In this document: piece by piece, positions 1 through 14,291 of the stretch
Position numbering within the stretch: the first letter of the stretch is position 1
Layout: each line of letters begins with the position of its first letter
DNA from: Mobula hypostoma
Lineage: Eukaryota
Assembly: GCF_963921235.1 (NCBI RefSeq)
Contig: NC_086108.1
Span: 75,766,001 to 75,830,000, forward strand
Direction: 5' to 3'
DNA length: 64,000 nt
Program-made: the position numbers and the translations under genes
Notes under the pieces: generated by a model
Told to the model about the DNA's origin: nothing
Seen by the model: only the letters and a program-made list of their open reading frames with translations
The model's database searches: none

Positions 1-32
1 GTACAGTTTGTGGTATTTAGTTGAGTAGCGAT

Positions 33-66
33 GGAGAGAGTGAGAGAGAGAGAGAGCGATAGAGAG
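33..66 (+). repeat. Imperfect (GA)n microsatellite
   Basis: gagagagtgagagagagagagagcgatagagag. Confidence 0.8.
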
Positions 67-754
67 TGTTGAGTCTTCAGGTGAGCTGATACCATCAATC
101 TTCTCGTCGTCCTCCAAAATCCTTCACAAGTCACCGACTGTGACTTTAACCAGGGGAGCCAGTCTTCCTGTGGTGGAGCTATCACCCAGGTGAGGGTGGA
201 CACATAGACAACTCCCCACCAGTTAACCCCTTCTCCTTCAAACTGGAATAGCAATTTGGATCGATCCGCCTGACTGATCCTCCAAAATCCACTTTCTCTG
301 CGGGCATAACAATGCTCATTCGGTGTCCAGATCATGTGTCCTGAGGTCTGTATCATCTGACCTCCCATTTATTTCTCTGTGCTGAGCATCACCTGTCATT
401 CAAAGAGTCGCTCCCTCCTTTGTCTGTAAAGGAGTACAAGCAGGCAACAAGTCCTTGGAAGTAACATCATCAACCTGCTGAAAATCATAACATTGAGTGT
501 CCACCGCCTTCGGTCACCATAGCAACTTACGAGCTGCTTGGTGCTGTCTCCAACTCCAAACTCAGTAAAAATCCAGTTACTCCCAATGCCTTAAAGTGAC
601 AGTCCAACTGTTAAATCTTCGTCTCTCTCTCTCTCTTCAAAAGCAACATATCGGTGGTAAATAACTGTCTCTCTCTCCTTTCCAAAAAAACCATCAATGA
701 TAAATGTCTCTCTCCAAACAGTTAATAGGGGTACTCCAGGATCCCCTCACACTG

Positions 755-975
755 TGTAGAACCTACTCTTTCCTTGGCATTACAGGGCTGCAAAGAGCCA
801 GAAGCTGCTGTACGAGCCTCCAGATGGCTATGGATCAAGAGGTGCGACCCATGGACCAATGCTGCTGGGACACAAGCCAGGGCCTGATCAACCCTGGCTG
901 GGTTACCTGAGTGAGGGCATCTGAGTGAAAGATCTGAAACACCCAATGGCCCCAGGTTACATCACTGATGTGACC
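755..975 (+). mobile_element. 3' fragment of an R2/Hero-like non-LTR retrotransposon
   Basis: Encodes EAAVRASRWLWIKR followed by the tail GGCCTGATCA...GAAACACCCAATG...ACATCACTGATG; homologous to the inverted copy at 53335-53515. Confidence 0.6.
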
Positions 976-1489
976 AATACATCCTAGGATGCATCTCATC
1001 CAAGTATAATTCTGTTCACAATTGCACACAATAGCTGGAGATTCATCAAACAGCAACACTCTCAGAAGCTGCAATTTTTACCAGCTGAGAGAAAAAGGAA
1101 ACAAAGCATACAACCTGCCAAGGAATAATAAATGCTGATTCCATTCCTTTATCTGGAGTCATAGAAAGAAAAAGGAGGCAATGCAAAAGATTCCCTTCCT
1201 TGACATTAAAAAGGTTTTTAAATGATAATTTGATAGTTTGTACTGATTACTAATTTTATTAATCTAAATTTAAATTCCACAGCTGTCACATGGTGGAATT
1301 TGAATCACCAATCCAGATCCAAGTGCTGCACAACCATTACAATAATACTGAACTATACAATGTACCAGAATCTACAGCGAAGTATATTGCATCGTCACTG
1401 TAATAACGTTGGGCAAACAGGCCAATAATTTCATACCTAGCAAGCTCCCACAAACTACATTATAACCGAAAAACAGTATTCTGAGACTT

Positions 1490-2280
1490 GAGAACAGACC
1501 AATACAGCACAGTACAGGGTCTTTGGCCCATAATGCTGTGCCGACCTTTTAACCTACTCCGAAAATCAGTCTAATCCTTCCTTTTACAGAGCTGTCAATT
1601 GTCCTTTTATCTATGTGCCCAAGTGTCTTTTAAATGGCCCTAATGTATCTGCCTCTACCACCATCCCTGGCAGAGCATTTCTCACACTTACTATTCTGTA
1701 TAAGAAAATCCTCTCTGATACCCCTCTTCCCCCATGCACCCCCCCCCACATACTTTTCAACAATTATCCTCAAATGACGTCCTTGCATATTAGCCATTGC
1801 CACACGAGGGAAACAGGTGCTGGCTGTCCACTCTGTCTATGCCTCTTATCATATACACCTTAATCAAGTCACCTCTCATCCACCTTCACTCTAAAAAGAA
1901 AAACTCTGGCACATGCAACCTTTCCTCACAAGCCATGTTCTCTATTCCAGGCAGCATCCTGATAAATTATCTCTGCATCCTCTCTAAAGCTTACACATCC
2001 TTTCTGCAATGATGCCACCAGAATTGAACACAATACTCCAAGCGTGGTCTAACCAGCGTTTTACTGAGCTACAATGCGACCTTGCAGCTCTTGAACTCAA
2101 TCCCCCAACTAAAAACTCAGCCATTAACCTTGTACTCTGGTCTCAAGTTTTTCCTTCCAAAATGTATCACTTCACACATTTCTAGCTTGAACTCCATCTG
2201 TCACTTCTCAGCCCAGTTCTGCATCCTACTGTGCTGTCGTAATGTACAGTATGAATTCCTACACTATTCATAACATCACC
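1490..2280 (-). mobile_element. Degraded CR1 LINE 3' fragment
   Basis: Reverse complement of the CR1 RT C-terminal motif (LEYCVQFW) and of the CR1 3' tail. Confidence 0.7.
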
Positions 2281-3632
2281 AACATGAGCTGAAAGACTGG
2301 CCAAGACATCATTCTCTCTCCTAGCTCGTTTCTAATACTGCCATGGGATCTTTTACACTCAGCTCCAAGAAAAGGGCTTGATTTGAAATCTGAGAGATGG
2401 AACCTCCAATAATGGCCCTCTCAACTTTGCTAATATGCATTGCTATGCAAATTTCTTAGATGGGGCACAAACAAAATCTCCTAGTTTCTCTACAGTTGAG
2501 AGTCAGTAAAAATAGAAACTAAAATATAAACCAGAAATGAAGATTTTGGGGAAATTGACCAAATCCTTATTTCATACAATCATTTGGAACTCCTCATGAA
2601 GATAAACCATGCTACTCCTGTTTCAAATAGACTAGAGCCAAGGGAAAAAAAATCAAATTATTTCAGGTGATTTCTAATAAATAGTTCGTAATTTTTTTTC
2701 CTGAAAACAGAGGAAATGTAAGACCTGTTTCATGAATTATTTGAACACAACCTTTATAAGAAATTACTGTGCATGAAAGAGGCAATTTTAGTCCAGAACC
2801 AAAATGGGTAATCCATATTAAACAGCAAAAAAGCTTCTACTCAGTTCATAATTTTTTTAGTTAGGAGGCGTGCAGGGTGGAGGTGCAGGATTTGAAGGGT
2901 CAATCCCAGTGCTCTGCACTTATTGAGCATTACTTACTACAGTTGCTGTAACAGTGAATGCAAAGCCATAAGAGTTATATAATACTGAAACAAGCCTTTT
3001 GGCCTATATTGGCCATACCAATATGCTCATTTAAATTGGTTGTTTGCCCACACTATGCCCACAACTTTCCCCTTTCACCTTAAATTCTAGATATTTGGTT
3101 TACTTTTCCTGAGAGGAAAAAAAGACTTGTAAGGTGGTAACAGCACATCCAAGCAATTTCCTCATTGCAAAGCAAAATTTTAAACTGTTATTGACACAAC
3201 ATGGATTTTTTTTAAAAAGAAAATGAAGGATAAAGAAACTGAAACAAAAGCAATACATAAATTCCAGTCACAGCAAAAAAAATGAATAGCCAAAGGAAAT
3301 ACGAAAAGGTAAAGCAACAGTTGCTCAAGTGACAAAGGAATTACAAAATTAAATTTGGAATTTCGAAAAGAAAAAAAACCAGGATGAGAAAGGGCTGTGA
3401 TCTACGGCTTACAATGAACTCCCTGGGCGCTACAGCCAAATATTGTAATTATAATTGTTTCATCTTTGACTTTTATTAATAGCCCAAGTAAACAAGAACT
3501 AGCTTTAAATATAAAAGCAGAATGAGAGACAATTTATGAACCACTCAAATATACATAATATTGTCCTGGATCTTAGTGGTTCATATTCATTCATGTTAAT
3601 AGCTCGGAAACAGAAAAACAGAGTCACTACTC

Positions 3633-5418
3633 TGGATCTTTTCAATGATTTCAAGTTCCCTGGCCCCTGTCATCTTATTTTTACTATGTGAGTCGAGCCC
3701 CTGTACACCTCCATCCCCCATGGGAAGGCCTCAAAGCTCTACGTTTCTTTCGGGACACCAGAGTCAACCAGTTCCCCTCCGTCTAGCAGAACTTGGCCTC
3801 ACGCTTAATAATTTCTCCTCCGAAGGAAGTGGGAGGAGCCAAACAAAAGGTATAGCCACAGGCACTCACATGGGTCCCAGCTATGCCTGCCTGTTTGTTG
3901 ACTATGTAGAACAGTCTGTGTCCCAAGCCTACACTGGTGGCTACCCTGCCTCTTTTCCTACACTACATCAACGACTGCATTGGTGCTGCTTCATGCACCC
4001 ATGCAAAGCTCGTCGATATCATCAACTTTGCCTCCAACTTCCACCCTGCCCTCAAATTTGCCTGCTCCATTTCCAATACCTCCCTCCCCTTTCTCGATCT
4101 GTCTATCTTTGGAGACAGCTTATCTACTGGCGTCTATTATAAATTCATGGAATCTCATAGCAACCTGGACCATACTTCTTCCCAGCCTGTTAACCTGTAA
4201 AATCGCTATCCCCTTCTCTCAATTTCTCCGTCTCCACCGCATCTGCTCTCAGGATGAGGCTTTTCATTCCAGAACTAAGGAAATGTCCTACTCCTTCAAA
4301 GAAAGGGACTTCCCTTCCTCCGTCAACACTGACGTAAACCGCCATCTCTTCCATTTCACGCATGTCTGCTCTCACCCCATCCTCCTGCCAACATACCAGG
4401 AATAGAGTTCCCCTTGTCCTCACCTACCACCCCACCAACCTCCACATCCAACACATAATTCCCCGCAACTTCTGCCATCTCCAACAAGATCCCACCACCA
4501 ACCGCATTTCCCTCTCCCCCACCCGCCCAACACCTTCTGCTTTCTGCAGGGATTGCTCCCTACACGAGTGACTCCCTTGTCCATTCATCCTTCCCCACTG
4601 ATCTCCCTCCTGGCACTTATCCTTGCAAGCAGAACAAGTGCTACACCTGCCCCTACACCCTCTCCCTCACTACCATTCAAGGGCCCAAACAGTCCTTCCA
4701 GGTGAAGCGACACTTCACCTACGAGTCTGCTGGGGTCGTATACTGTGTCCGGTGCTCCCAGTGTGGCCTCCTGCATAATCGATGAGACACGGCGCAGACT
4801 GGAAGACCACTTCACCGAGTACCTACCACCAGAAAAAGTGGGATCTCCCAGTGGCCACTCATTTTAATTCCACTTCCCATTCTCATTCCATGTCTATCCA
4901 ACAGCCTCCTCTACTGTCACAATGAGGCCACACTCAGGTTGAAGGAACAACAACTTATATTCTGTCTGGGTAGCCTCCAATCTGATGGCATGAACATTGG
5001 TCTTTCGAACTTCCAGTAATGGCCCCACCCCTGTCCTTCACCATTCCCCATCCCCTTGTCCCTCTCTCACCTTATCTCCTTGCCTGCCCATACTCCACCC
5101 GCTTCTTTCTTCCATGGCCTTCTGTCCTCTCCTATTAGATTCCCCCTTCTCCAGCCCTGTATCTCTTTCACCAATCAACTTCCCAGCTCTTTAATTCATC
5201 CTTCCCCCTCCCGGTTACACCTATCACCTTGTGTTTCTCTCTCCCCTCCCCATCCTTTTAACTCTACTCATCTTTTTTTCCCTCTAGTCCTGCTGAAGTG
5301 TCTCAGCTCAAAACATCGACTGTATTCTCTTCCATAGATGCTGCCTGGCCTAATTAGATTTTCCAGTATTTTGTGTTTGTTGTTTGGATTTCCAGCATCT
5401 GAAGACTTTCTCTTGTTT
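3633..5418 (+). mobile_element. 5'-truncated Penelope-like element (RT + GIY-YIG endonuclease remnants + 3' tail)
   Basis: Frameshifted PLE motifs QTKGIATGTHMGPSYACLF, LFLHYINDCIG, IPFSQFLRLHRICS, RVPLVLTYHP and the GIY-YIG region. Flanked by 10-bp TSD GTCACTACTC (3623-3632 / 5419-5428). Confidence 0.9.
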
Positions 5419-6209
5419 GTCACTACTCAGATTAGCATTATCACGCCATTGGAGTGCCAAACCCATTGTGATTCCCATATTTTAAAAAAAGGGCAATACA
5501 ACAGTCCAGGACACAATCTTAGTGACAGGTAACGGAACACCCCCTCTAAGATGCAAAAGAAATTCAAGACAAAAAGCACAGAGCAATCACTTAGCTTTAA
5601 AAATGACATGATCAGACATTTTATTGAATTCTTTCAATAACAATGTGTAGGTCAAAAAAATAGGAAATCTGAATTTTTGATTTTTGAAGTTATCTTCCTT
5701 TAGACATTGCTCAGTAGATTCATAGTCATAGGATGAACATACAGAGTCAAGACAACAGAACAGATAACAAGTTAGATTCATAATAGAGGCAGAAGAGAAT
5801 AATTCATGAAAGAATCAGTGTTCCACAAGGATCAGAGCTAAAACTTAAATTTCGTATAAACAATTTGGAGTTGGAATCTGAATGGTAATTTCAAAATTTG
5901 CAGATATCTTTGAAGAGATGAGAGAGAAGATGTAATAGAAATGCAGAAATTTTCTTGCAAGTTATCACTAAATCAGAAGTGAAAACTAAGAACATTTTAG
6001 TACAAGAACAACATCACAAATTTCTTGACATTTTTGAAATAAATTAGGGAAGTGGACATATACACAAATCACTGAAGTAGCAGAGTGGGTAAATATAGCC
6101 ATAATACAATATTCAAACAGACCACTGATCAGTTCTGGGCTCAATATCACAAGGATATAGATCCATTGATTCATTAGGAAAGACTGCTAGAACTCCACTA
6201 AATAATAAA

Positions 6210-7106
6210 TTCTTATTTGGGACAACTCTTAAAGAACAAAAATAAACTGAGAAAATAGGCAGGATTCTCTCCCCACCCCCTTAGTCTGTCATCTCATCTT
6301 TTTCCACCCCAGTCCTAATGAAGGGTCTTGGCCCAAAACATTGATTATTCACTCTTTACCATAGATGCTGCCTGCGAAGTTCCTCTAGCATTTTGGGCAC
6401 GTTGTTTAGATTTCCAGCACCTACAGATTCTCTCATGTCTGAGGATCCCTTCATTTATTTGGGACACTATGCCGCTCAATTGGGGCAGGAGACTATTGCT
6501 GAACATTTTCTAACTAGCACCAGTTGTATGCACATTGTGTAGCCATTAGGCACTACACTATGCTTACAGCCAACAGTTTTAATGTTTTTAAAATAACGTA
6601 ACTTGCAAATTTGTGTTCAGAAAGTAGTTATTTTTGTCACTGGTTGGTGGCGAGGAGTGAAAGTGAAACTATTTCACTACTTCAAAAAGTTAGGGACTAC
6701 GAGGAATTAATGTATTGACAATCATCTTGAAAGTTACAATTAAAATGAAGATTTGGAGGATGCAATCATTGAAAGCATTGTTTGAAGGAAGTCCACTATC
6801 TGCAATAGGTGTTTGCGCTGATTTTGTTCATTTACAGTCAACCAAAATAATGTAGCAGCATACACTGGATGCATTCCTCTGTCGATAACTATTAATAACT
6901 ATTAGGAACTAACACAGTTTTATGGTACTGTAGTAGCTTTGATAGTGTTCTAATTTATGTCGTATTTCAATTAAATGGTAGATTGTCTTTTTTTATCTCC
7001 GCATATAACTTTTTAACTATTTCCATGAAACCAGCTAATTGGGGCATCCACTTAATTAGGCAAAAATATGGGTCCCCAATGTGTCCCAATTAACTGGAAT
7101 CCACTG
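6210..7106. mobile_element. Tigger/pogo-like non-autonomous DNA transposon, interrupted by a PLE tail (about 6268-6441)
   Basis: Right end ...GTGTCCCAATTAACTGGAATCCACTG|TA and repeated subterminal TTGGGACA/TAATTGGGGCA motifs; left end degraded. Confidence 0.55.
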
Positions 7107-7112
7107 TACTTA

Positions 7113-7740
7113 TAAGACCATAAGACAAAGGAAAAGAATTAGGACATTCAGCCCATTGAGTCTGCTCTGCCAGTCCATCATAACTAGTTTATTATCCCCC
7201 TCAACCATATTCTCCTTCCTTCTCCCCAAAACTTTTGACACCCTTACTAATCAAGAACCTGTCAACCTCCACTTTAAATATACCCTATGACTTGGCCTCC
7301 ATTAACATATATGGCAATGAATTCCACAGATTCATCTCCCTCTGGCTAAAGAAATTCTTTCTCATCTCTGTTCTAAAGGGATGTCTTTGGATTCTAAGCC
7401 TGTGCCCTCTGGTCCTAGACATCCTCAATATAGGAAACACCTTATAAATATCCACTATTCAGGCCTTTCAATAATCAAAAGGTATCAATGAAGTCCCCCT
7501 CACCAGTGAGTACAGGCCCAGTCAAACACTCCTCATACATTCACTGTCATTCCTGGGATCACTCCTGTGAACCTCCTCCACCTTCTCCAATGTCAGCACA
7601 TCTTTTCTTAGATAAGGGGCCCAAAACGGTTCTCAATTCTTCAAGTGTGATCTGACCAATGCCTTATAAAGCCTCAATTAGCTCCTTGCTTTTATACTCT
7701 AGCCTTCTCAAAAAAAATGCTAACATTATATCAACATTAT
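7113..7740 (-). mobile_element. CR1 LINE 3' fragment
   Basis: Reverse complement of the CR1 tail and RT C-terminus (RNFFSQR...NLWNSL). Confidence 0.8.
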
Positions 7741-8329
7741 GAAGCTGATGGGAAATTCTGACGAAGTCTTCAAGTGACTGATTGTTGGTGATTCAAGAGA
7801 TCGTTAACATTAAAAAATGTCTACATCTACTCTATTAAACCTTTTCTAGTTATTAAAGAGTGCAGAACTATGGCCCCAAGGTGCCTATTAATAAACCCAA
7901 TAGAAATTTAGTCTCAAAGTGAGAAGTTGCACATTCAAATCAAAGATCAGAGAGACAAGACTCAATTGAATTAGTGCATACAGCACCACGGGGGTTGGGG
8001 GGGGGGTGAAAATCTATGGCTGATTATGAATGATTGAGGCCTAATATTTATTGACTGAAAACAATTAAGCCATTAACTATCTGGCACAATCTATAACAAG
8101 CAGAACAAATAATATTGACAATCTGCCCAAACTCTATTTAACAGAAAATTAAGAACATTACACTTTCTGCAAAACATATTTGTTAATTTGACACATTTTA
8201 TTAACTTGCCTTCTAATTTTCCACATATTTGGCATAAGCACTTATACACAAAGATTTACATCATAGCAGTGGAGCTATAGAAACCAGAAGAAAATTTACC
8301 CAACCCATATATTTTTGGGGGCACAGTTT

Positions 8330-8565
8330 TAAAGTGCTTGGAAGTAGGTACAGAGGAGATGTCAGGGGCAAGTCTTTTTTATAATAAGGGTGGGGAGTGC
8401 ATGGAATGGGCTGCAGGCGATGGTGGTGAACACGGATACGATAGGTACATGGAGCTTAGAAAAATAGAGGGCTGTGGGTAACCCTAGGTAATTTCTAAAA
8501 TAAGTACATGTTCGGCACAACATCGTGGGCTGAAGTGCCTGTATTGTGCTGTAGGTTTTTCTATG
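8330..8565 (+). mobile_element. CR1 LINE 3' tail
   Basis: Ends ...GTATTGTGCTGTAGGTTTTCTATG, like the other CR1 ends in the window. Confidence 0.7.
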
Positions 8566-9139
8566 AATATAAATTTTCAAATATTGGAGCACCAATAGCA
8601 TCTCAAATCCTCTTCAACCGCTTATTTGTAATCCGACCTAATTTTCTCTTACTGCCACACAATTACTGGATTTGGAATTTTATCTCAAAGTATTTTCCCA
8701 CAAAAATAATAAATACAACCAAATCTGAATCTGAGCTCAAATAAGAAAAAAAAATACCATCCATAATTTAAATAAAATGATGAGAGCAAATCTTGCCCTC
8801 TTTCAGCAGGTTCTTTGGAACAGGTTCTTGCATTTATCATATTTCTTCTGAGCTTGTATAGCTTTTCAACATTTCAAAACGAAAACCAAAACTGTGTTAG
8901 AAAATTATGCACGTTAAAACCTCCCTCTGGGCACATCATTTATGTTATGAAGGGATTATCAATGACATGTATTCTATCTCAATTACACCACATTGAGCTA
9001 CGCACAAAATTTCTCAACTATTTAGCTACTCGCCATTCCCACTGAATATCCAAATACCCAACAAGAAAAAAAAACCTGAATGAATAACTGACAGGAATAA
9101 TTTGATTTTTTTCTAGTTTTCTGAGGCATAAACTATTTG

Positions 9140-9410
9140 GCTCAACCATCAGGCTCATGAATCAAATGGGATAACTTCACTCAACTTGCCATCATTGAAA
9201 TGTTCCCACAACCAATAAACTCACTTTCAAGAACTCATCTTGATATTTATTTATATTGTTGCTTCTTTTTGTGTTTGCCTTCTGCACTCTGGTTGAACGT
9301 CCCAGTTGAGAGGTGTTTCATTAATTCTGTTACAGTTATAATTCTGCAGATTTATTGAATATGTGCATGGTGACATATGTACTTTGGTAATAAAATTTAC
9401 TTTGAACTTT
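9140..9410 (+). mobile_element. Rex-Babar-type LINE 3' UTR
   Basis: Ends AATAAAATTTACTTTGAACTTT, the Rex-type tandem tail. Confidence 0.5.
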
Positions 9411-9491
9411 AATTGAAAATAGCAACTCTTTTACAAGCACAACTTTATCAGAAAGGTAATTTTCTTCTGGATTAAAGGCTTCACCATTTAC

Positions 9492-9613
9492 CTGAGAATG
9501 TTGGGATGAGAAAGACGATTCATTAATTGCACTTCCCGCAGCATGTTTGCTCTATTGCTGATCATTTTGTTCATCTTCAGTGCCATTACTTGTCCCGAAG
9601 TTCTGTGACGCAC
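9492..9613 (-). CDS. TESK2: TESK2 second coding exon (122 bp), kinase subdomains II-IV
   Basis: Read manually (not in the ORF track): tttacag|GTG...CTCAG|gtaaat translates [40 protein letters not shown](R), in phase 0 with the previous exon. No further exon found in 1-9491, so the gene probably continues beyond position 1. Confidence 0.95.
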
Positions 9614-10399
9614 CTGTAAAATTTCAGATAGCATAGAAAGTTGCCATTAAACAACATGTGGATTGGAGTAGCCCGAGTTATCTGGCTTTGGGAGACATGG
9701 GCACAACATGTTTTCGAAAATAAAGTTTCCTCATTTCTATTGTGCCTTGGTACATCGCAATATACTTCACAAAGAACAAATTAATTTGGAACTGCAGTTA
9801 ACTTCAAGAGAAGAACAAAATGAAGCCAACTGTATTTTGTGCAAAGGCACAAATGAGGTCTCAAAAGCATCAAATATGATACTGACCATTTGTGATAGAA
9901 ATAAGCACATTAACGGAGCTAGAATAAATTATTCAAGAAACTAGGAGAAGCAATGAACATTGAATTACAAAAGTATCTCTCTTAACTACTAAAAAGAAAC
10001 TTGTGCTTGTCCTATCTGAAGATTTTGCTCATTTAGTCCTTAGTTGCAACTGGAACCCACAATCTTGTGAAGCAGAAGAGCATAATCAATTGAACTATAT
10101 TAGTAGTTGCAAGTGCAAATTATGTGGCTTTGAGAGTGAGTAAAGACATTAAAAAGCAGGAAACAATATGATGCTAGCTGTAGAATAACAAAGAAAACTT
10201 TAAAAATAGGCAGCCCACGAAAATGTAAATCAAAGCTCACTCATTTCAGATTACCTGAATCCCAGTTTGCCAAGTACAGGTGAAAACAATGAAAGTTCCA
10301 GCTATCAACTTCCAATTCTTTAAGTATATTGAGGAAATAGCTGATTAAAGTGAGTACTAACATTAGATCAACACTCCATTAGATTCCAGGAAGAGACAT

Positions 10400-11985
10400 G
10401 TTTGAACAGCGAAGATGGATGAGAGATGACTTGATAGAGGTATACAAGATAAAAGGCACAGATAGAGTCGACACCCAATGTCTTTTTCCCAGGCCGGCAA
10501 TGAAGAAATAACAAGCAAGAAAGACAAAGCCCATGGTATTACAGAAAATATACTATGGATAGAGCATTGGCTGATTGGCAGAAGGCAAAGAGCAAGAATA
10601 AAGGGAGCCTCTTCTGGTTGGCTACCTATGACTAGTTGTGTTCCAGGGGTGTCTGTATTGGGATCGCCTCTTTTTAGGCTATATATCAATGATTTGGATG
10701 AGGAAATTGATGACTTTGTGGCCAAATTTGCGGATGGTACAAAGTTAGGTGGAGGGGTAGGTAGTTTTGAGGAAGTAGAGGGGCTACAAAAGGAATTAGA
10801 GATTAGGAGAATGGACAGAGGTGGCAGAAGGAATATAATGGTGAGAAGTGTACTGTCATGTACTTCTTGTTAGAAGAAATAAAAGTATAGAATATAAGCA
10901 TAGAGAAAAAAGTCAAAAATCCGAGGCGTAAAGGGACTTGGGAGAAGTCCTCATGCAGGATTCCCCAAAGGTTAATTTGCAGGTCGAGTCAGTGGTGAGG
11001 AAGGTAAAAACAATACTAGTATCAATTGCGAGAGGACTGGAAAATAAAAGCAAGAACGCAATGACGACAATTTAAGGTACTGGTGAGGCCTCACTTGGAG
11101 TATTGTGAACAATTTTGGACCCCACATCTAAGAAAGATGTATTGACACTGGAGAGGGTTCAAGAGGATGTTTATGAAAATGATTCCAGGATTGAAAGGTT
11201 TATCATAAATTTCAATGAGATCCCCCTCATTCTTCTGAATTCCAGTGAGTAGAGGCCCAGAGCATTTGATGGCTTTGGGCCTCTACTCACTGGAATTTTG
11301 CAGAATGAGGGGGAATCTCATTGAAATCTATCAAATGTTGAAAGGCCCCAGCAGAACGGATGTTGAGAAGATGTTTCCTATGGTGCGTGAATCCAAGACC
11401 ACAGGACACAGCCTCAGAACAGAGGGACCTCCATTTAGAACGGAAATGGGGAGGAATTTCTTTAGCCAGAGACTGGTGAATCTGTGAAATTTGATGCCAT
11501 AGGCAACTGTGAAGGCCAAGTCATTGGATATATTTAAGCAGAGGTTGTTAGATTTTTGATTAGTCAGGGCATGAAGGGAAGAAGGCAGGAGATTAGGGCC
11601 GAGAGGGAAATAGATCTGCCATGATGAAATTGGTGGAGCAGACTCAAAGAGCCAAATGACCTAATTCTGCTCCTAAATCTTATAGTCCAAAATGAGAGGA
11701 CATACTTTTAAGGTGATTGGAAGCAAGTATAGGGAGATGTCAGAAGTAGTAGTTTTTTTTTTAAAAACTACACATTGTGGCAGGTACATGGAACACTGCT
11801 GGGAGTAGTAGTAGAGGCAGATACATTCTGAATATTTGGGAGACCCAGAGAGCCACATATCTGAAAGAAAAATGGAAGGCTATGTGGGAGGGAAGGGTTA
11901 CATTTGATCTTGGGAGGTTAAAAGACTGGCACATCCTGGGCTCAAGGGCATTTACTGTTCTGTACCATTCTAAGTTGTATGTTCA
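10400..11985 (+). mobile_element. Compound CR1 LINE fragments (RT C-terminal half + 3' tails)
   Basis: SVLGSPLFRLYINDLDEEIDDFVAKFADGTKLGG and LGLYSLEF...RNFFSQRLVNL, with many frameshifts. Confidence 0.9.
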
Positions 11986-12874
11986 AAACAGCTCATTTAA
12001 AAATGTTTACACAGTTATATGGCTTCATCTGTTTTCACTGATTCATGGAACCACCATGAACTGCATCTTTGCAAGTATATAAATTTATATCTATGGTTAT
12101 ACATCTTTATACCAAAACAAAGCTAATTTTGTTTAAAAGGTAGCTTAAAGTACATTTGTGTACAAAACAGGTGCAACGTTTAGGCATAAACACAGCAATC
12201 CTGCTTGTCGACTATTTCAGCAAAGTAGTTAACAGAAGTGACACAAGTTATCAGCACATTTCAAAACATTTACAATAAATCCCATAAAGATGAAAGAGTT
12301 AAAACTCAAATGATGGAACTCAGATGCTTGTCACTTCACTATGGAGATTTGGTAAAGTCACTGATACATTTGTTAACAGTTCAAATGTGCATTCAAGTTT
12401 TCCAGAAATATCTGTACCAATCATTTGTATTACATACCATTATGAAGTTTGGAGTTCACTGAGCAACAAACAAGCTAATATGGTTCGAGTGATTATTAGT
12501 GGGATGTTCTGAATTATGCAATGAATTATGATTGAACAATAGTGATTATAGATTCATTTTCAGACCAATTTTTACAACTCCTACGTGCCCCTAAATTGTA
12601 ATGAATAAGGAACAGAAAAACATGCATAGTTGAAAAAGAAACTTAACAGATCTTTTGTTTAGGTTTACAGAAATAGTTAACACAAAAATATACATCAGCA
12701 AATTGTTTAAGGAAAGCAATTAATTCCTGTCCCTTGATCTATTAAACAACTCCCACAGCATTTTAAGTTTGCAAGGTCAAATTAACAGACCAGTAACTAA
12801 TGAGCGCTGTAAACCAAAGATTGCATACTTCAAGCAAAGGTAACAAAACTAAACCACACACAACAATATTATTA

Positions 12875-13920
12875 ACATGGGATCCAGGGAAACTTGGCTG
12901 TGTGGATTCTGAATTTGCTTGCCCCATAGAAGGCAGAGGGGTGTCGAAGATGAAGTATATTCTGCCTGCAGATCAGTGGAGTTCCAAGGAATCTGTTCTG
13001 GGAACCCTTCTCTTTGTTATTTCTATCAATGAGTTGGATGAGGAAGTAGAAGGGTGGGTTAATAAGTTCACAGCTAATACAAAGGTTGGTGCAATTGTGG
13101 ATAGTGTAAAAAGTTGTCGTAGGTTACGAGACATCGACAGGATGCAGAGCTGGGCTGCAAAGTGGCAAATGGAGCTCAAACTGGAAAAACTTAAGTGATT
13201 CATGGCAGAAGGTGAATTTGAAGGCAGAGTACAAGATTGATGGCAGAATTCTTAGGAGTGTGAAGGAGTCCACATCTATAGATCCCTCAGAGTTGCTGCA
13301 CAAGTTGATAGGATTGTTAATAAGGTGTATGGTATGTTGGCAAGGTAACGTAATAAAAACCTGGTTAGACTACTGTTGGAATATTGTGTTCAGTTCTGGT
13401 CACCTCATTATAGGAAGGATGTGGAAGCTTTAGAGGGTGCAGAAAAGATTTACAAGGACGCTGCCTGGATTAGAGAGCATGTCTTGTGAGGATAGGCTGA
13501 GCAAGCTTGGGCTTTTCTCCTTGGAGCAAAGGTGGATGAGTCATGCCTTAGAGTTGTGCAAGGTAAAAGACAATGGATCAAGTAGATGGCTAGAATCTTG
13601 TTCCCCAAGGTGGAAACGACTGATACGAAAGGCCATAATTTTAAGGTAATTCAAGCAAGGTGGAGGATATGTCAGAGGTATTTTTTTTTAAAAAAAGAGT
13701 GGTGGGTACATGGAAAGCCCTGCCAGGGATGGTGGCAAAGTTAGATACATCAAGGGCATTTTTTAAAAAAAAACTTTGATAGGCACATGAATTATAGAAA
13801 AATGGAGGTCTATGTAGGAGGGAAGGACTAAATGTTTTACATTAGGGTATAAGGATGACACAACATTGTGGGTGAAAGGGTTTGTACTGTACTGTGCTGT
13901 AGTGTTCAATGCTCCATGTA
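12875..13920 (+). mobile_element. CR1 LINE fragment
   Basis: SVLGTLLFVISINELDEEVEGWVNKF and QKRFTRTLPGLESMSCEDRLSKLGLFSLE. Confidence 0.85.
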
Positions 13921-14291
13921 GTAAAGCAATACTGGCTAGATCACAATACAAAGCAGAGGCAAGTAGCAACTCAGAAAAACAAAGGGTACAAGAATTTCCT
14001 CAGTGAATCCACAATAAAATTTTAGTCATACGTTTTAAATTCAAATTGTATTGTTCCAAGTCAGATTTCCAAACTATTTTGCCATTAACAAAGCAAGACA
14101 TCATTTTACTTGAACAAAACATTGCACAGCAAACCACCAGTGAGCATACAAGTGCTCTTTGCATCACCTATTTTCTTTTAGTCAGCTCTGTAAAGTATTG
14201 TAGGGTTACAACAAAAACCAATAAAGCTCAGTTTGAAAATTCACATTTCTGTCACAATATTTTTTAAAACTCTGAATAATCACACACTGAC

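Noticed and set aside
1..751. Possible LTR ending ...CCCTCACA
   Set aside because: The other end is outside the window, so there is no second copy or TSD to confirm it.
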